Notes: generated by a model from the letters alone, not told the origin. 63,962 nt of DNA, filler included, from Octopus bimaculoides (GCF_001194135.2; 5 parts of 5 records of this genome joined end to end with filler, not necessarily neighbours in it); one strand, 5' to 3'; positions 1 through 15,170 are shown, numbered from the whole stretch's first letter. Numbers and translations: made by a program.

Positions 1-888
1 ATATATATATATATATATACACACATATATATGTCTGTATGTATGTATGGATGTATATATAAATGAACATATGTATGCATTCATGAATTAATTTACCAAA
101 ATTTGTGCATAAGACACAAACCTCGCCCAATGCTTTTCACTGTTAGTTGACGCAAATAAATGACAGTTACATGTTTATATGTTTATCAGTTTTGGTTTTA
201 ATCGAAATAATATTGAACCAATATTTTCCCCTAGTTTTCACCCTCTGATATTTTTGGTGTTTTCTTTTTCTCTGCTATCATTTTTTTTTTGTATTTTTCA
301 AATTATTTTTTTTTCGGTTTTAAATCTAAGTTTTAGCACATATCATTGTTTTTTTATTCCTTCAGTCATCTGTTATTATCCTTCTAGTTTTATGCAGTGT
401 TGATATCCTCAACAACGATGCACGGCAGTTAAAATTTTGAAGTTTTGGTTAAAATGAACAATCCAATAAATACGTATTGACAGCAGATTATAACTTTAAA
501 AATATTGTTTTAGATTTTACAGCACTGGATGAGTATATAGAGAAATGAAAGATTAAAGCGTTAGCGGTAGCTGGACGCCAATTTGAACCAGTGCATTTGT
601 AACAAGATTTGGACGCCATGTTGTTTAATTTTAGTTTAAAGCGTTACTCCAACGCCATCTTATATTTTGAAATGTTGCCGCAACATCATTTCCTTCGTCA
701 TTTGAAAATTGTCTTTAGAAAAGCTAATAAGAAGCCTTCTTGTTATTATTTCTTTTTTTTTTTCCTTTTGCAGGATGAATTGTTATTAAGGTTGCTGCCG
801 ACTAATTATAGCGATTCAAGTGAGATTGATATTTAGTATTCAGCACTGGGAGTTTTTGAGATGAAATAATTAGAAAAAGACAAGAGAT

Positions 889-932
<44 letters not shown>

Positions 933-1615
933 CCCAGCAGTAGAATGATCCATAATCATTTGTAAGTCTCTTAGTTTAGTTAGTCGAAGTAGTTGAATGT
1001 CGACCAGCATAAACTTATATATATATATATNNNNNNNNNNNNNNNNNNNNNNNNNNNNNNNNNNNNNNNNNNNNNNNNNNNNNNNNNNNNNNNNNNNNNN
1101 NNNNNNNNNNNNNNNNNNNNNNNNNNNNNNNNNNNNNNNNNNNNNNNNNNNNNNNNNNNNNNNNNNNNNNNNNNNNNNNNNNNNNNNNNNNNNNNNNNNN
1201 NNNNNNNNNNNNNNNNNNNNNNNNNNNNNNNNNNNNNNNNNNNNNNNNNNNNNNNNNNNNNNNNNNNNNNNNNNNNNNNNNNNNNNNNNNNNNNNNNNNN
1301 NNNNNNNNNNNNNNNNNNNNNNNNNNNNNNNNNNNNNNNNNNNNNNNNNNNNNNNNNNNNNNNNNNNNNNNNNNNNNNNNNNNNNNNNNNNNNNNNNNNN
1401 NNNNNNNNNNNNNNNNNNNNNNNNNNNNNNNNNNNNNNNNNNNNNNNNNNNNNNNNNNNNNNNNNNNNNNNNNNNNNNNNNNNNNNNNNNNNNNNNNNNN
1501 NNNNNNNNNNNNNNNNNNNNNNNNNNNNNNNNNNNNNNNNNNNNNNNNNNNNNNNNNNNNNNNNNNNNNNNNNNNNNNNNNNNNNNNNNNNNNNNNNNNN
1601 NNNNNNNNNNNNNNN

Positions 1616-1660
<45 letters not shown>

Positions 1661-2644
1661 TTTGTATATATGTATATATGTATATATATATGTATGTATA
1701 TATATATCCCCCCTCTCTATTCATATATATATTTATATATATATTGCTTGCAATTAAGTTTATGTATTGGAATTAAAATGTATTGAAGATTTTTCAGTGT
1801 CCAGGGAATGCAATGCTTATTTCTATGGATGCGAAGACCACATTTCCTTAAATCATTTAAACCAGTCAGATTTATGTTGATCGATTTTATTCGAGAAATA
1901 TCAAGAAATATTTTGTTCGACTGCATCTATAAATTCAAACTTCAGTAGTTGGTAAGTAAAGACTTATTCTATACTATTTCTTTTTGAATAATATTCAGCG
2001 TATTACTGAGAATCTTCTGAAAACTGTGGATATACACATACCCTAATTGCTTCTAACTCAATGTAATATATATTTTATTAAATTTAACTTGTTCTTCTTC
2101 AAAGGCTTCTTTCAATAAATTATGAAAGAATATGCAGAACAATTTACATAATGGAAGACAATGGTATTCGAAATCAGAACAGTAAGGGATGAAACTAAAG
2201 TCTGAAAACGTCTTATCCCGACGTTTTATTATTTTGCTATGCCACCATTCTGCTATTCTAATATTTTGTCAATGATCCACTCTGTATGAATATTTATCTC
2301 ATTCATAATACCTCGCTTGTATTATTTGTGCTATGTACAAAGAAACTACATCGAAGCCAATGAAATTTGTTTTTCAATAAAGAGTGTATTAAACATCATT
2401 GAGTGAATAAGCAATTGAATCTATTTACTGATAGACATTTAGGCGAGAAACGAATCAAGTTTACTGAAGAGTGTCACAAAATATACCAACAAATTTACTT
2501 CTTTTCAAAGGAAGATTTCATACATACATATATAAATAAATAAATACATACATACATACATGCATATCTAGCTATCTATATATATGTATGTATATATGTA
2601 TATATACATATGTATATATATACACACGCACACACATATACGTA

Positions 2645-2645
<1 letters not shown>

Positions 2646-2712
<67 letters not shown>
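2646..2712. repeat. (ATCT)n microsatellite
   Basis: Direct tandem ATCT run. Confidence 0.95.
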
Positions 2713-2713
<1 letters not shown>

Positions 2714-2961
2714 GTAAGTATTTGCAGCATTGTATCGTTTTGCCGCTTATCGCAAACATAAAGAGATTATATTCTAAATCTTGAACGTCTTACTATGGTT
2801 ACAAAAGAATGGAAATAATTCAATATGTTTATATATTTTATATTCATACATAAAACGCTCGCACATAACCGCATATGTGTGTAGCATGTGAATATATTTA
2901 TCTATCAAAAATATTTATCTCGTTCTAACCCTTCTGTGCTGTCCTCTCTCTCACAATTTGT

Positions 2962-3088
<127 letters not shown>

Positions 3089-3372
3089 CACACACACAAG
3101 AAAAAAAAAATAAAACAAAAAGGCAAAAGAGAGTCACTTACTGTTATAGTTTCTTCAATGAGAATATTGANNNNNNNNNNNNNNNNNNNNNNNNNNNNNN
3201 NNNNNNNNNNNNNNNNNNNNNNNNNNNNNNNNNNNNNNNNNNNNNNNNNNNNNNNNNNNNNNNNNNNNNNNNNNNNNNNNNNNNNNNNNNNNNTTCCCCC
3301 TCCCAAAAAGAAAAGCTCTACATTGTATTTGTCCCATCTTCGTTGAGCCCTGTGTGGCTAATAAAAGAAATG

Positions 3373-3412
<40 letters not shown>

Positions 3413-3659
3413 GTATTTCTTAATGTTTAGTATTGAAATATGATGCAAGGCATTGAAACAGAAATGCTTTCAGTTCTTAAGCGACATCAAATTTCATCAT
3501 GAAATTAAAAGATTAATAATAAATAGTCTTCGACAAACAAAGTCTCCTTTACCTCTTTATTTCATGATAAGTTTAACTCACTCCTTTTTTCAATTTTTCG
3601 CTTCACAACCCTCCCCATCTTATCTAATTTATCCTCCAGTGCTGCGAATCTGGCTTTAT

Positions 3660-3861
3660 GATCAAATGTTTGTGCTGTACATGAGTTAACTCACCTCATC
3701 AAATCGACATTACCTGTAAAGGTGCACGGTGTGCCACACGTCAGATGTCGAAGTGACTGCAGAGAAAGCGTAAAGTGAAGTGCTAGCCACTCTCTGGTCT
3801 TGGAACTGAAACGCCGAGCTTGCGATCGGGAGTGTAATATCCTAACCACTAGGGCACGCGC
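3660..3861 (-). mobile_element. tRNA-derived SINE, degenerate
   Basis: Minus strand reads GCGCGTGCCCTAGTGGTTAGGATATTACACTCCCGATCGCAAGCTCGGCGTTTCAGTTCC, with an A-box-like TAGTGGTTAG and a degenerate B box, followed by non-tRNA body; no acceptor stem or CCA. Confidence 0.55.
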
Positions 3862-4594
3862 AGAGTATGCATTTGCAATGAACGAACCAAACTGGAGAAG
3901 ATAATGATGAGTTAAAGAAACACAGAAGAAAATCTGGAACAAATGTAAAGGGATTCTTTAGACGCTTTCTCAAGAGGAACACCGCAGTGTTGTGGTAAGA
4001 TATACAGAATGCTATTCAAAACTAATATTGCTTCCGCTGCTAATAACGAATAGGGTTAAGTCATCTGAAATGAGTAAAAAATCTGGAATTCGAAGTACAA
4101 GAAGTACGAGAGGCACTGACAATGTACAAATACTCCATAAATACGAGCAAAGCAACATGCACCACTCAGGAAGTTCTGAATCAGGAATTATTGTTATGAA
4201 ATCAAGATGACAATCATGTAATTCCATGAAATATAGGCATAAAGCCATATCAAAACTCATTACTGGCAAATCACTGCAATGTAGAATTCGCTTTAGAATC
4301 AGTAAAATATAGAAACATTTTGCAAAAAATAGTGGGGAATGAGAAGTATTTTTATGGATGTTGGTTAGGGAGACCCCCGACTCCTAGAATTTATGACCAA
4401 CAAACAAAACATTTATGATAAAGAAATTTAAATTTTGAGAGTTAAATCAATGACGTCATGTTATGTAATCGGAATAATTATTAGCAGTCCAATAAGATGA
4501 ATATATTTTCCATTCGCTACCTTTCATTCTCAAACAGCTTCACCCTCAACACGTTCTCTCATTTACTAATGGCTATTTAATTATCTCCTTAACT

Positions 4595-4662
4595 ATGTAT
4601 GTATGTATGTATGTATGTATGTATGTATGTATGTATGTATGTGTGTATGTATGTATGTATGC

Positions 4663-4725
<63 letters not shown>

Positions 4726-4743
4726 CATCTATCTATCTATCTA
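4595..4743. repeat. compound (TATG)n(TCTA)n microsatellite
   Basis: Direct tandem run. Confidence 0.95.
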
Positions 4744-4808
4744 CATCTATGCGTATATATATGGGCACCCTGGACACTGTAATGCAATAGTACTGTATAT
4801 ATGTGTAT

Positions 4809-4900
<92 letters not shown>

Positions 4901-5582
4901 NNNNNNNNNNNNNNNNNNNNNNNNNNNNNNNNNNNNNNNNNNNNNNNNNNNNNNNNNNNNNNNNNNNNNNNNNNNNNNNNNNNNNNNNNNNNNNNNNNNN
5001 NNNNNNNNNNNNNNNNNNNNNNNNNNNNNNNNNNNNNNNNNNNNNNNNNNNNNNNNNNNNNNNNNNNNNNNNNNNNNNNNNNNNNNNNNNNNNNNNNNNN
5101 NNNNNNNNNNNNNNNNNNNNNNNNNNNNNNNNNNNNNNNNNNNNNNNNNNNNNNNNNNNNNNNNNNNNNNNNNNNNNNNNNNNNNNNNNNNNNNNNNNNN
5201 NNNNNNNNNNNNNNNNNNNNNNNNNNNNNNNNNNNNNNNNNNNNNNNNNNNNNNNNNNNNNNNNNNNNNNNNNNNNNNNNNGTTTTTGTAAGGCGTTCCA
5301 TATGTAATTGTATAGCCACAAATGATTCCTGTATTTCATTTATAAATGTATTTTAAGATAAAGGCGTCTTGTCTTAGAATTTAATGAAGAATACGTATGT
5401 TTTCACATGCTTAATATCAAATTGTTATTTAGGCACAATGCCACAAATTTACAGAGGAGGCAAATGAGAATTTGTGATGTTCATTATCACTTACAGAGAT
5501 AATGAATCGAAAAAAAAAAAACGCGCGGTGTCTGCGTTACTGAACATGTTTCAAAATTAATTTTCATTTTTTTTTTGTTACA

Positions 5583-5745
5583 TAGGCACAACGAAAACTT
5601 TCATATGAGGAGGCATATAATCGATTAAATGGGTTTCAGAATATATATATGATAGTTATCGTATCGATCACATCCAATGGAAGGACATGAAGGACAAAGT
5701 CAGTCCCGGTAATGCTTGAATTCAGAATATCGAGGCATTTTTGTA
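5583..5745 (-). mobile_element. degenerate SINE copy (same family as 37746-37953)
   Basis: GGCACAA...ATCGAT...GAAGGACAAAGTC...GAATTCAGAA resembles the reverse complement of the 37.75-kb SINE. Confidence 0.45.
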
Positions 5746-6328
5746 ATAACACCCAACATGTAAGATAGGTCGTGTCTAATCTGACCAAGAAAAATATCAG
5801 TTACTTCGTGACTGGGTACTACGGCCCTATATTTTCAAGAAAAGAGAATAAAAAGTTGAGACATTCATTAACTTTTGCAAGAATATTAGCAAGAGAAACT
5901 GAAACTGAAATAAAACGCTCTCAACTTTCAGGTGAAACCATATTGTATAAGTTTTGAACAACCGGAAGCTTACGTCTTGTTGTACGGTGCTAGACGTAAT
6001 ATCACTATCAAACATCGAACGATATGGCTGAAGTCTGTTTTTCAGTTTTTCATTTACATATTTTAATCATATAACTACATTTTTTTGCGAAATCATCTGA
6101 ATTATTATTTTTTCATCATTTTACTCTTTTTTTTTAAACTTTCAATACATCGAGTTACATCAGATATAGATTTTTTATCAATACCATTTCCTATATTTCT
6201 AATTTGTCTTTTTATCATTCCTTTTCTTTTTCGTCTCTCGAGAGGAAAAAAAAAAAAATTAACATATATATAAATACATGTTTTGTTTTCATATTTAATA
6301 CAAAACCTTATGTCTGACTCATATTTTC

Positions 6329-6392
<64 letters not shown>

Positions 6393-6606
6393 CATTTTGT
6401 CAAGATAAAAGGAGAAAAACATTGTATAAAAAACGGTGTTTGCCCTTTTAGGTGATGGGAGGTGGGTTAGGTTTCTCAACAATCTTCATCACNNNNNNNN
6501 NNNNNNNNNNNNNNNNNNNNNNNNNNNNNNNNNNNNNNNNNNNNNNNNNNNNNNNNNNNNNNNNNNNNNNNNNNNNNNNNNNNNNNNNNNNNNNNNNNNN
6601 NNNNNN

Positions 6607-6665
<59 letters not shown>

Positions 6666-6696
6666 TGGCCTTTGAAAAATACAGACAGACTTGATA

Positions 6697-6817
6697 GCTG
6701 TAGTGGTAGTGGTAGTGGTAGTGGTAGTGGTAGTAATAGTAGTAGTAGTAGTAAAAGTAATAATTGTGGAAGGAGTAGTAGTATTCGGGTTACCGTGTGT
6801 GTATATGTATGTATGTA

Positions 6818-6853
<36 letters not shown>

Positions 6854-6935
6854 TGAGCGTGTTACATGTGCACTTTGTGTATGTCAGCATATGTGGGCGT
6901 GCGCGTTAGAATTGAACGTTATTGGACATTTTCAC

Positions 6936-6986
<51 letters not shown>

Positions 6987-7153
6987 CATTATTAATTTAT
7001 TATTATTATTATTATTATTATTGTTATTGTTAGGAAATCTCATCATCATCAAAGTCGTTGTCGTAGTCGTCGTCATCGTCGTCGTCATCATTATCATCAT
7101 CATCATCATCATCTTCACAACCGTTGTCACCGTCGTCGTCGTCGTCGTCGTCG
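6697..7153. repeat. compound simple-repeat array (GTG/GTA)n,(GT)n,(ATT)n,(CAT/CGT)n
   Basis: Direct; source of the poly-S/G, poly-I and poly-V ORFs. Confidence 0.9.
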
Positions 7154-7817
7154 ACAACACCATCGTCAACTTCATCGATGATGTCCGTATACACTTCGGA
7201 AAAAAGAAAAAGAATTCATGTCATGTAAAGATTAACAAAAACACCAACAATGACAACAACATCAATAACGAGTAATAGGAAAAAAGAAAATACAAAACAA
7301 AAGAAAAATACATAGAAAAAAAAAATTACGTTTATAGCCCAGTTTGGTCAGACATCTTTCTATCGATGGGGTTGAAGACGGGGTTGTAGGATTGCAATTT
7401 GAGTTCGACGGTATGTAGAGTCACAGAGAGAATTATAAAGAATTTGATCCATATTTGGATATTGATCGATTGGAACACGAGTGACAGAAAGTTACACTCT
7501 CACACACACACAAAATATATATACATACATACCCGCATGTGCATATGTTCATAAGTACTTAATATTTGTTTTTATGTCAAGTTATATGTAAAAATTATTT
7601 GACTGAAGAAGTACTCAATACGTTTTAGTAGAGTAACATAGTTATTTATTAATTTTGACAAAGAAAAGATTGGCTCAGCTTTCGTAGTTTCGATTCATTC
7701 GCCAGCATCCGACTGTCTAATGACGGCGAGCAAGGCGAAACTTCGAAGTCTTTGCTAATTTTTACTTTGTAAAAATTAATGTACACACACACACATAGAT
7801 AGATAGATAGATAGATA

Positions 7818-7871
<54 letters not shown>

Positions 7872-8305
7872 NNNNNNNNNNNNNNNNNNNNNNNNNNNNN
7901 NNNNNNNNTATATATATGTAAATATATATACATATGTAGATAAGTAGACAGATAGGTATAGATACACGCACATTACTTGTTTTGAAAACACGACTGCACT
8001 CCAGGCAAATCTTTTTTATCAACTTTTTCTTGGGTGCGCTCTGATATTTTCATCTATGATATCCTTGCAATTTTTTTTTTCGAAAGTGTGTAACAGTGAA
8101 GTTCTAGATTTTATTAACATTTCTAGATGTTTGGTGTTTCTTGTGGCTGTGATGATGCGAGCATGGATCGCCGGCAGAGCCCAAAATAAATTTGAACACG
8201 AAAATAAGTCACAAAAAGACTGAAGCTAATAATATAGTTTCAAGTCATTTTAAAAAGAAAAAACAATTTCATAAGACATAGAAGCAGACATGCACATACA
8301 AAAAC

Positions 8306-8355
<50 letters not shown>

Positions 8356-9015
8356 TAAATTAATTGAAACTGTCATAGAATGCACATCGTTCCCACTCAA
8401 TTAAGCAATTAAGTATTCGCCAAACAGCTGGATATGTGTATTTCTTTATACGCCTACATACTACATAATTGTTTTCCTTATACAGAAGGGTGTATATTTA
8501 TTTATTTATTTATTTGGAAGGGAAATATAAGACTGCCTGAGGATTATGATTTTCCCAAATGCTTTGGGGACGTTAAATATAGTGAGTCGAATACACACTT
8601 ACTACACTCGCAAAAGACTATACATATAAAATGGTGACAAGTACCAACGTACCATGTGGTAGGCTGGATAATTGCCGGGAATTTTCGGCATGAAACGAAA
8701 GGTAGTCTTGGTAACGCACAAATAATATTTTCCCAGCAATGCAGTGTTGAGCACTCATTCTTACAGTTCGATATATANNNNNNNNNNNNNNNNNNNNNNN
8801 NNNNNNNNNNNNNNNNNNNNNNNNNNNNNNNNNNNNNNNNNNNNNNNNNNNNNNNNNNNNNNNNNNNNNNNNNNNNNNNNNNNNNNNNNNNNNNNNNNNN
8901 NNNNNNNNNNNNNNNNNNNNNNNNNNNNNNNNNNNNNNNNNNNNNNNNNNNGTCACAAATAGAAAAAATTAATAAGTAAATACATGATAAATAAAATACA
9001 AAGTAATTATTATTA

Positions 9016-9077
<62 letters not shown>

Positions 9078-9310
9078 CATTATTTTATGATTTTTACCTT
9101 GTATTTTATTATACTTATTTATCATGTATTTACTTATTAATTTTCTCTATATGTGACTGTGGATTTTCATGGATGAGTTCATGAACTTTGGTTCTTTTCT
9201 CTAAATTACATATTTATATATTATAGACTGTGAAACTTGATTTAATTTTAATTTTTGATGAATTGAATTTAATTGAGTTTTTACATGAAAATTTGGATTT
9301 TTATCCCTAA

Positions 9311-9392
<82 letters not shown>

Positions 9393-10077
9393 TACACAAT
9401 ATTATATAAATATAATTATATATTTATGCACACATATATACATATACATATATGGTGGCCATTCCCCACTGACCAAGGAAAGTGTATACACTTGGTGGTG
9501 GATGCCTCTGTGCGTGATGAGTTCAACGTGATGACTTGCACAACAGCCATCACACACAACATTTAATCAAAACCGGATTTAAATTGAAAGGTGAATTAAG
9601 ACATTTGAACAAATAAGATTTGAGTTTTAGAGATGGGATTGTTTTTGAAGATCTACAGATGGAAATAGAACTCAACACTGCTATCTGGAAAAGAACTCAA
9701 TAGTTTCACAATGACCCTCGCTTTTTAAAGCGATGTTTTTCTCCTTCTAATCAGTGATACTATCAAGTTTCAGCAAGCTGGACTGGACGAGATGAGCGCA
9801 TAGTGTCTTCCATTATGGACAAAAGGCAGTGTCATTTTCAGAATAAGAATTGCTGATCTTCAGCAAGGTGTCCATCTCTGTATGTCGGTGCGCACACATA
9901 CAAGTACACACACATTCATGCACAGAAACAGGTACACACACATGCACCCCCCATGCACGCACACGCACGCAAACACACACACACGTGCGCACGCGCCCAG
10001 ACATGTTCATACAAAAGCATTGCATTTCAAGATTTTCCCAACGAAGTATTATTAGTGGGTTTTCGTTATACGTACAT

Positions 10078-10114
<37 letters not shown>

Positions 10115-11439
10115 NNNNNNNNNNNNNNNNNNNNNNNNNNNNNNNNNNNNNNNNNNNNNNNNNNNNNNNNNNNNNNNNNNNNNNNNNNNNNNNNNNNNNN
10201 NNNNNNNNNNNNNNNNNNNNNNNNNNNNNNNNNNNNNNNNNNNNNNNNNNNNNNNNNNNNNNNNNNNNNNNNNNNNNNNNNNNNNNNNNNNNNNNNNNNN
10301 NNNNNNNNNNNNNNNNNNNNNNNNNNNNNNNNNNNNNNNNNNNNNNNNNNNNNNNNNNNNNNNNNNNNNNNNNNNNNNNNNNNNNNNNNNNNNNNNNNNN
10401 NNNNNNNNNNNNNNNNNNNNNNNNNNNNNNNNNNNNNNNNNNNNNNNNNNNNNNNNNNNNNNNNNNNNNNNNNNNNNNNNNNNNNNNNNNNNNNNNNNNN
10501 NNNNNNNNNNNNNNNNNNNNNNNNNNNNNNNNNNNNNNNNNNNNNNNNNNNNNNNNNNNNNNNNNNNNNNNNNNNNNNNNNNNNNNNNNNNNNNNNNNNN
10601 NNNNNNNNNNNNNNNNNNNNNNNNNNNNNNNNNNNNNNNNNNNNNNNNNNNNNNNNNNNNNNNNNNNNNNNNNNNNNNNNNNNNNNNNNNNNNNNNNNNN
10701 NNNNNNNNNNNTATATTTATATTTATATACATATATATATACATATATATATATATAATATATGCATGTATATATGTACATATGTATTAATAAATTTTAG
10801 CGATAATCAGGGGAGGCTATTGTCAGTGTCGCCTTCGCTATCACTAATGTTTAAAATTTTCTGATCGCTCGAGTCAGCTCTCTTTTAACAATCAGGAAAT
10901 ACGTTGGCTATGGTGTCTGCTATCCGTATGTTTGTAGGATGTGCTCTATCTTTGTGTTAAATGTTGCGTATATTTTGCTATTAGTATTGATTCAATCACT
11001 AATCGTTTCTGTTTCAGAGAGATGTTCATATAAGTTCATTGTGTTATAGACTAGTAGTGTTGTTTTTTTTTTTATGAAATACTGTTTGGTGTGGCATGAT
11101 ATAACGTTTTGAATGGTTCGTGTTTTTGTAGATGACTGGATTGTCCGTACCGAAATATGGTATTATTCAATTTGCGAATATAACAGTTCAAATCATGTAG
11201 TTTATAACTTGCCTATTTACAGATGCCAACGGCTAAACCATTTCCTGATTGCTACATTTCGAAGTCAACTGAGATAATGAATAAGAAAGAAGCAGGACAG
11301 TATTCCTCTAAAGCAATCAGCAATAACAGTCGCCACAAAAAATGTTTCATGAGGAAGATCTTGAAATGACAAAGAACACCGAAAATTTTAGACGTCGAAA
11401 GGATAACATGAACGAATTTAAAGATTAATAAAGGAATCC

Positions 11440-11645
11440 CTTAGTTTTTGGCGTACAAGTCGAATTTCCAGGTCAAAATTTACAGCCTATACAGGTAGGT
11501 CGACTTATAAACCAATACCACTTTGGAGGATAAAAAAATTCCATGTAAAATGCAATAGAATTTAGAAAGATAATGACGATGTTTGTATGTTTACACTACA
11601 TGTTTATATTATTTACTACGTCGACTTATATGCCGGAAAATACGG
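11440..11645 (+). mobile_element. right terminus of a pogo/Passer-type DNA transposon
   Basis: Ends GTCGACTTATATGCCGGAAAATACGG|TA (TA target site); repeated subterminal TACAAGTCGA/TCGACTTATA motifs; short acidic-tail-like codons just upstream. Left end not found. Confidence 0.5.
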
Positions 11646-13155
11646 TATAAAAAGCATGCTTAAAGTTAAAATTGGATTATGATAATGTTTACAATATCGA
11701 ATAGTCACATTCATACGTATGTCACATGAATGTCTAATCTGAATCCATCCAATGCTAATTAACACGACACCACCTCAACTCTAGTCTACATTTGGCAGCT
11801 TAGTTTTCCCCTGTTCTGATATTAATTTTCAATATTTTATCTAGACAATTCTTACATTCATAAGGATTGCAAACAAGGAATGATCAGTGTGAACATCGCA
11901 CAAATGATCTTGGCAAAAGTTGAACCAGCCAATATTCTTGATGAGTAATATTTAAAATATAATGGAAGATTAAAAAGTAGAAATTATGCAACACGTGCTT
12001 CAAATATTCTGGCACATGCAATGCCTCAAGGACAGCAAGCTGGCAGCATAATTTTAGACATAACCAAAGCATTCGATAATGTTTCAGACTGAAAGATTTG
12101 TTTAAATTAAGTAAGCTATAGGGTTTTCGAAAAATGCATTCGAATATTTCTAATACAATCAATCTTGGATTTGTTGTTGGTAGCATATATCTGGAAGTAT
12201 AACCATTACATCTTCAGCACCATCAAGAAACTGTTTTGATTCCATTGCTTTTCTTCCTATATGAAAATCCTCGTGTGGTAATCACTGCCTTGTGGAAATT
12301 ACTTTCTGTTTGGCTTTGCGTATATATATATANNNNNNNNNNNNNNNNNNNNNNNNNNNNNNNNNNNNNNNNNNNNNNNNNNNNNNNNNNNNNNNNNNNN
12401 NNNNNNNNNNNNNNNNNNNNNNNNNNNNNNNNNNNNNNNNNNNNNNNNNNNNNNNNNNNNNNNNNNNNNNNNNNNNNNNNNNNNNNNNNNNNNNNNNNNN
12501 NNNNNNNNNNNNNNNNNNNNNNNNNNNNNNNNNNNNNNNNNNNNNNNNNNNNNNNNNNNNNNNNNNNNNNNNNNNNNNNNNNNNNNNNNNNNNNNNNNNN
12601 NNNNNNNNNNNNNNNNNNNNNNNNNNNNNNNNNNNNNNNNNNNNNNNNNNNNNNNNNNNNNNNNNNNNNNNNNNNNNNNNNNNNNNNNNNNNNNNNNNNN
12701 NNNNNNNNNNNNNNNNNNNNNNNNNNNNNNNNNNNNNNNNNNNNNNNNNNNNNNNNNNNNNNNNNNNNNNNNNNNNNNNNNNNNNNNNNNNNNNNNNNNN
12801 NNNNNNNNNNNNNNNNNNNNNNNNNNNNNNNNNNNNNNNNNNNNNNNNNNNNNNNNNNNNNNNNNNNNNNNNNNNNNNNNNNNNNNNNNNNNNNNNNNNN
12901 NNNNNNNNNNNNNNNNNNNNNNNNNNNNNNNNNNNNNNNNNNNNNNNNNNNNNNNNNNNNNNNNNNNNNNNNNNNNNNNNNNNNNNNNNNNNNNNNNNNN
13001 NNNNNNNNNNNNNNNNNNNNNNNNNNNNNNNNNNNNNNNNNNNNNNNNNNNNNNNNNNNNNNNNNNNNNNNNNNNNNNNNNNNNNNNNNNNNNNNNNNNN
13101 NNNNNNNATATACATGCATACATACATATACACGCGCACACAGATACATACATAC

Positions 13156-13270
13156 AAAGAAAAATATCCTGTTATTGTTGTTGAAATTCCATTGAAGGAG
13201 CCTTGGATCTAGGTTAGAAACCGGTTCTTTCTCTATTGGCAAGAAATCTTGAAATAAACTGAATAATGAC
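13156..13270 (-). repeat. ~115-bp interspersed mini-element embedded in (CATA)n
   Basis: Near-identical inverted copy at 26449-26565. Confidence 0.85.
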
Positions 13271-14488
13271 ATTCATACATACATACATGCATACATACAT
13301 ACATACATATATATACATACATACATGTATGAGTAAAACGAATAGCATGAAAGGTGAAGAGAGAAAGGAACAATATTCAACATGATTTTGTGAAGATGAT
13401 AGAAAAATACGTTAAGTATTTATATGTAGATGGGATTACAAAGATTATTTAATATCCAGTAATAACATATGAAGCTATAAAGAACTGCTGCAGAAGTATT
13501 TTTTTCTTCAAAAGGGACGAATTGTTTGGTGGAAGTCAACGAAATGAAAGGAAAATGCATAGTTTTTCTCTCTTTTCTCCATTCAAGTCAATCATTCATT
13601 CGTTTTCCCTTTGTTTCTTTCTTTCTTTCTTCCTTCCTTCCTTTCTTTCTTTCTTTCTTTCTCACTATGTTTTTCTTTAAAAAATCATGCACGTTTCTTT
13701 CGATTTGGCACAAGGCCAAATGTTTCTTTTTTTAAGAGGATGAACCCAGCCAATTGAATTAAATACATATTTTATCGCCCTCGCCCCGGGTGGGACGAAA
13801 AAGCCATTGTCAAATACGACGACATTTCATTAATTAGAATCTAGAGGAAGGAGACTAAATATATTGTAAGACATTTAGTCTGATGCGCCATCATTACTTC
13901 TAAATTTTTCCTCCTTTTTTTAATTTCTGAAATTGCATTAACAACAACAACAAAAACAAGAACAACAACATCAATAACAATAACAATTCTTTGTGTTTTC
14001 GGTTTTGTTTTTGCTTTTGGTTTGCATTGTAATCAACAGTAGCTGCCTTGGCAACAACTATAACAATTTCAACAAGAACAACAACAACACCCACTGTAAC
14101 TGGGGTCTCTGTGGTTTCGGACGTAATTTTCTATGGCCTAAAAACCCTCCCCTCAATGGAATTTGACTTCAACGATTTCTTATTGTTTTTCTTCACAAAG
14201 TAAGAAGTGAATAATTTTTAGCGAGAAGATAGATTATAAGACTGTCACATCTCATGCTTGTCGCAGGGCATTAAGGAGGCAAGCCCAAGTGAAATGGCTA
14301 CGATCAGAAATCAAAATCTCGCTACTAATATAGTATCCTTTTTGTAGCTCGCCTTGCAAGAGCTATCTTAGATAGCAACGGCCCAGACATAGAGTTGCTG
14401 GAGACTTCATAAAGGAAAAAAAAAAAAATGTCGACCTTCGGCCAGTTGGCTAAAAACCCTGATATCCTTTGAAAACCAGCATCACTGG

Positions 14489-14565
<77 letters not shown>
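14489..14565. repeat. (TAC)n microsatellite
   Basis: Direct tandem run. Confidence 0.95.
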
Positions 14566-15059
14566 TCAAACTCTGTCATAAGTCGTTTCCCAACGTCTTT
14601 GATATTTCCATCACGATCAAATGGATATTAAATAGTGACACAAAAATGGCAGTGGCCTAATTTCATAAACTATTTATATTATATAGACTTAATTTAAAAC
14701 CAAACAGATCAAAGCGCACACACACGTATACGCATACTATACATACATACGTTCACGTACACTCACATACACACATATATACACCCGCTCATTCGTTCAT
14801 TCATTCAGAGAACTGAAACATGATCTCATGTGCAGACATTGTTGAGTTGAAAGCGAATATTCGCAGTGGAGCGCCACTCTTTAAATACCACTTTATATTT
14901 AGTTGAATCACACATATATTTCAACGACTATAAATCAGTTCAATACTATCACAGTTTATCCTCATGTTCCTTAGTTTAATTCAACTATCATAGCCAGAGT
15001 TATACTGAAGCGTTTTAATCAACAAAACATTAATGTAAGTTATAAGTGTTCCATATTTT

Positions 15060-15170
15060 ATTGTCTAGCAGGGATCACCTCGTGCATTCAGCTTCATTGC
15101 CAGCTTTACAAGATTATGGAAGTGACCGACAAATGTATAAATAGAACTGTGGCATGTCGTAACTATGCTT
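15060..15170 (+). mobile_element. possible 5' fragment of a mariner element
   Basis: ATG at 15116 gives MEVTD..., resembling mariner N-termini of the MEVTKEH type; rapidly degenerates. Confidence 0.3.

Noticed and set aside
2464-2481. CUGAAGA-GUGUCAC-AAAA hammerhead-like
   Set aside because: No G12, impossible 1-nt loop, and no stems I or III
3800-3861. tRNA gene on the minus strand
   Set aside because: A and B box-like motifs only; no cloverleaf or acceptor stem, so treated as a SINE head
8656-8780. LDNCREFSA resembling an integrase DNGxEF motif
   Set aside because: Nine residues only; surrounding frame full of stops
9490-9540. Two TGATGA motifs suggestive of a C/D-box snoRNA
   Set aside because: No properly placed CTGA D box or terminal stem
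11760-12230. Minus-strand peptides loosely like RT domains 3-4 (LNLNKSF...LEALHVPEYLK; NIGWFNFCQ...SLFAILMN)
   Set aside because: Too degenerate to assign; no YADD-type motif found
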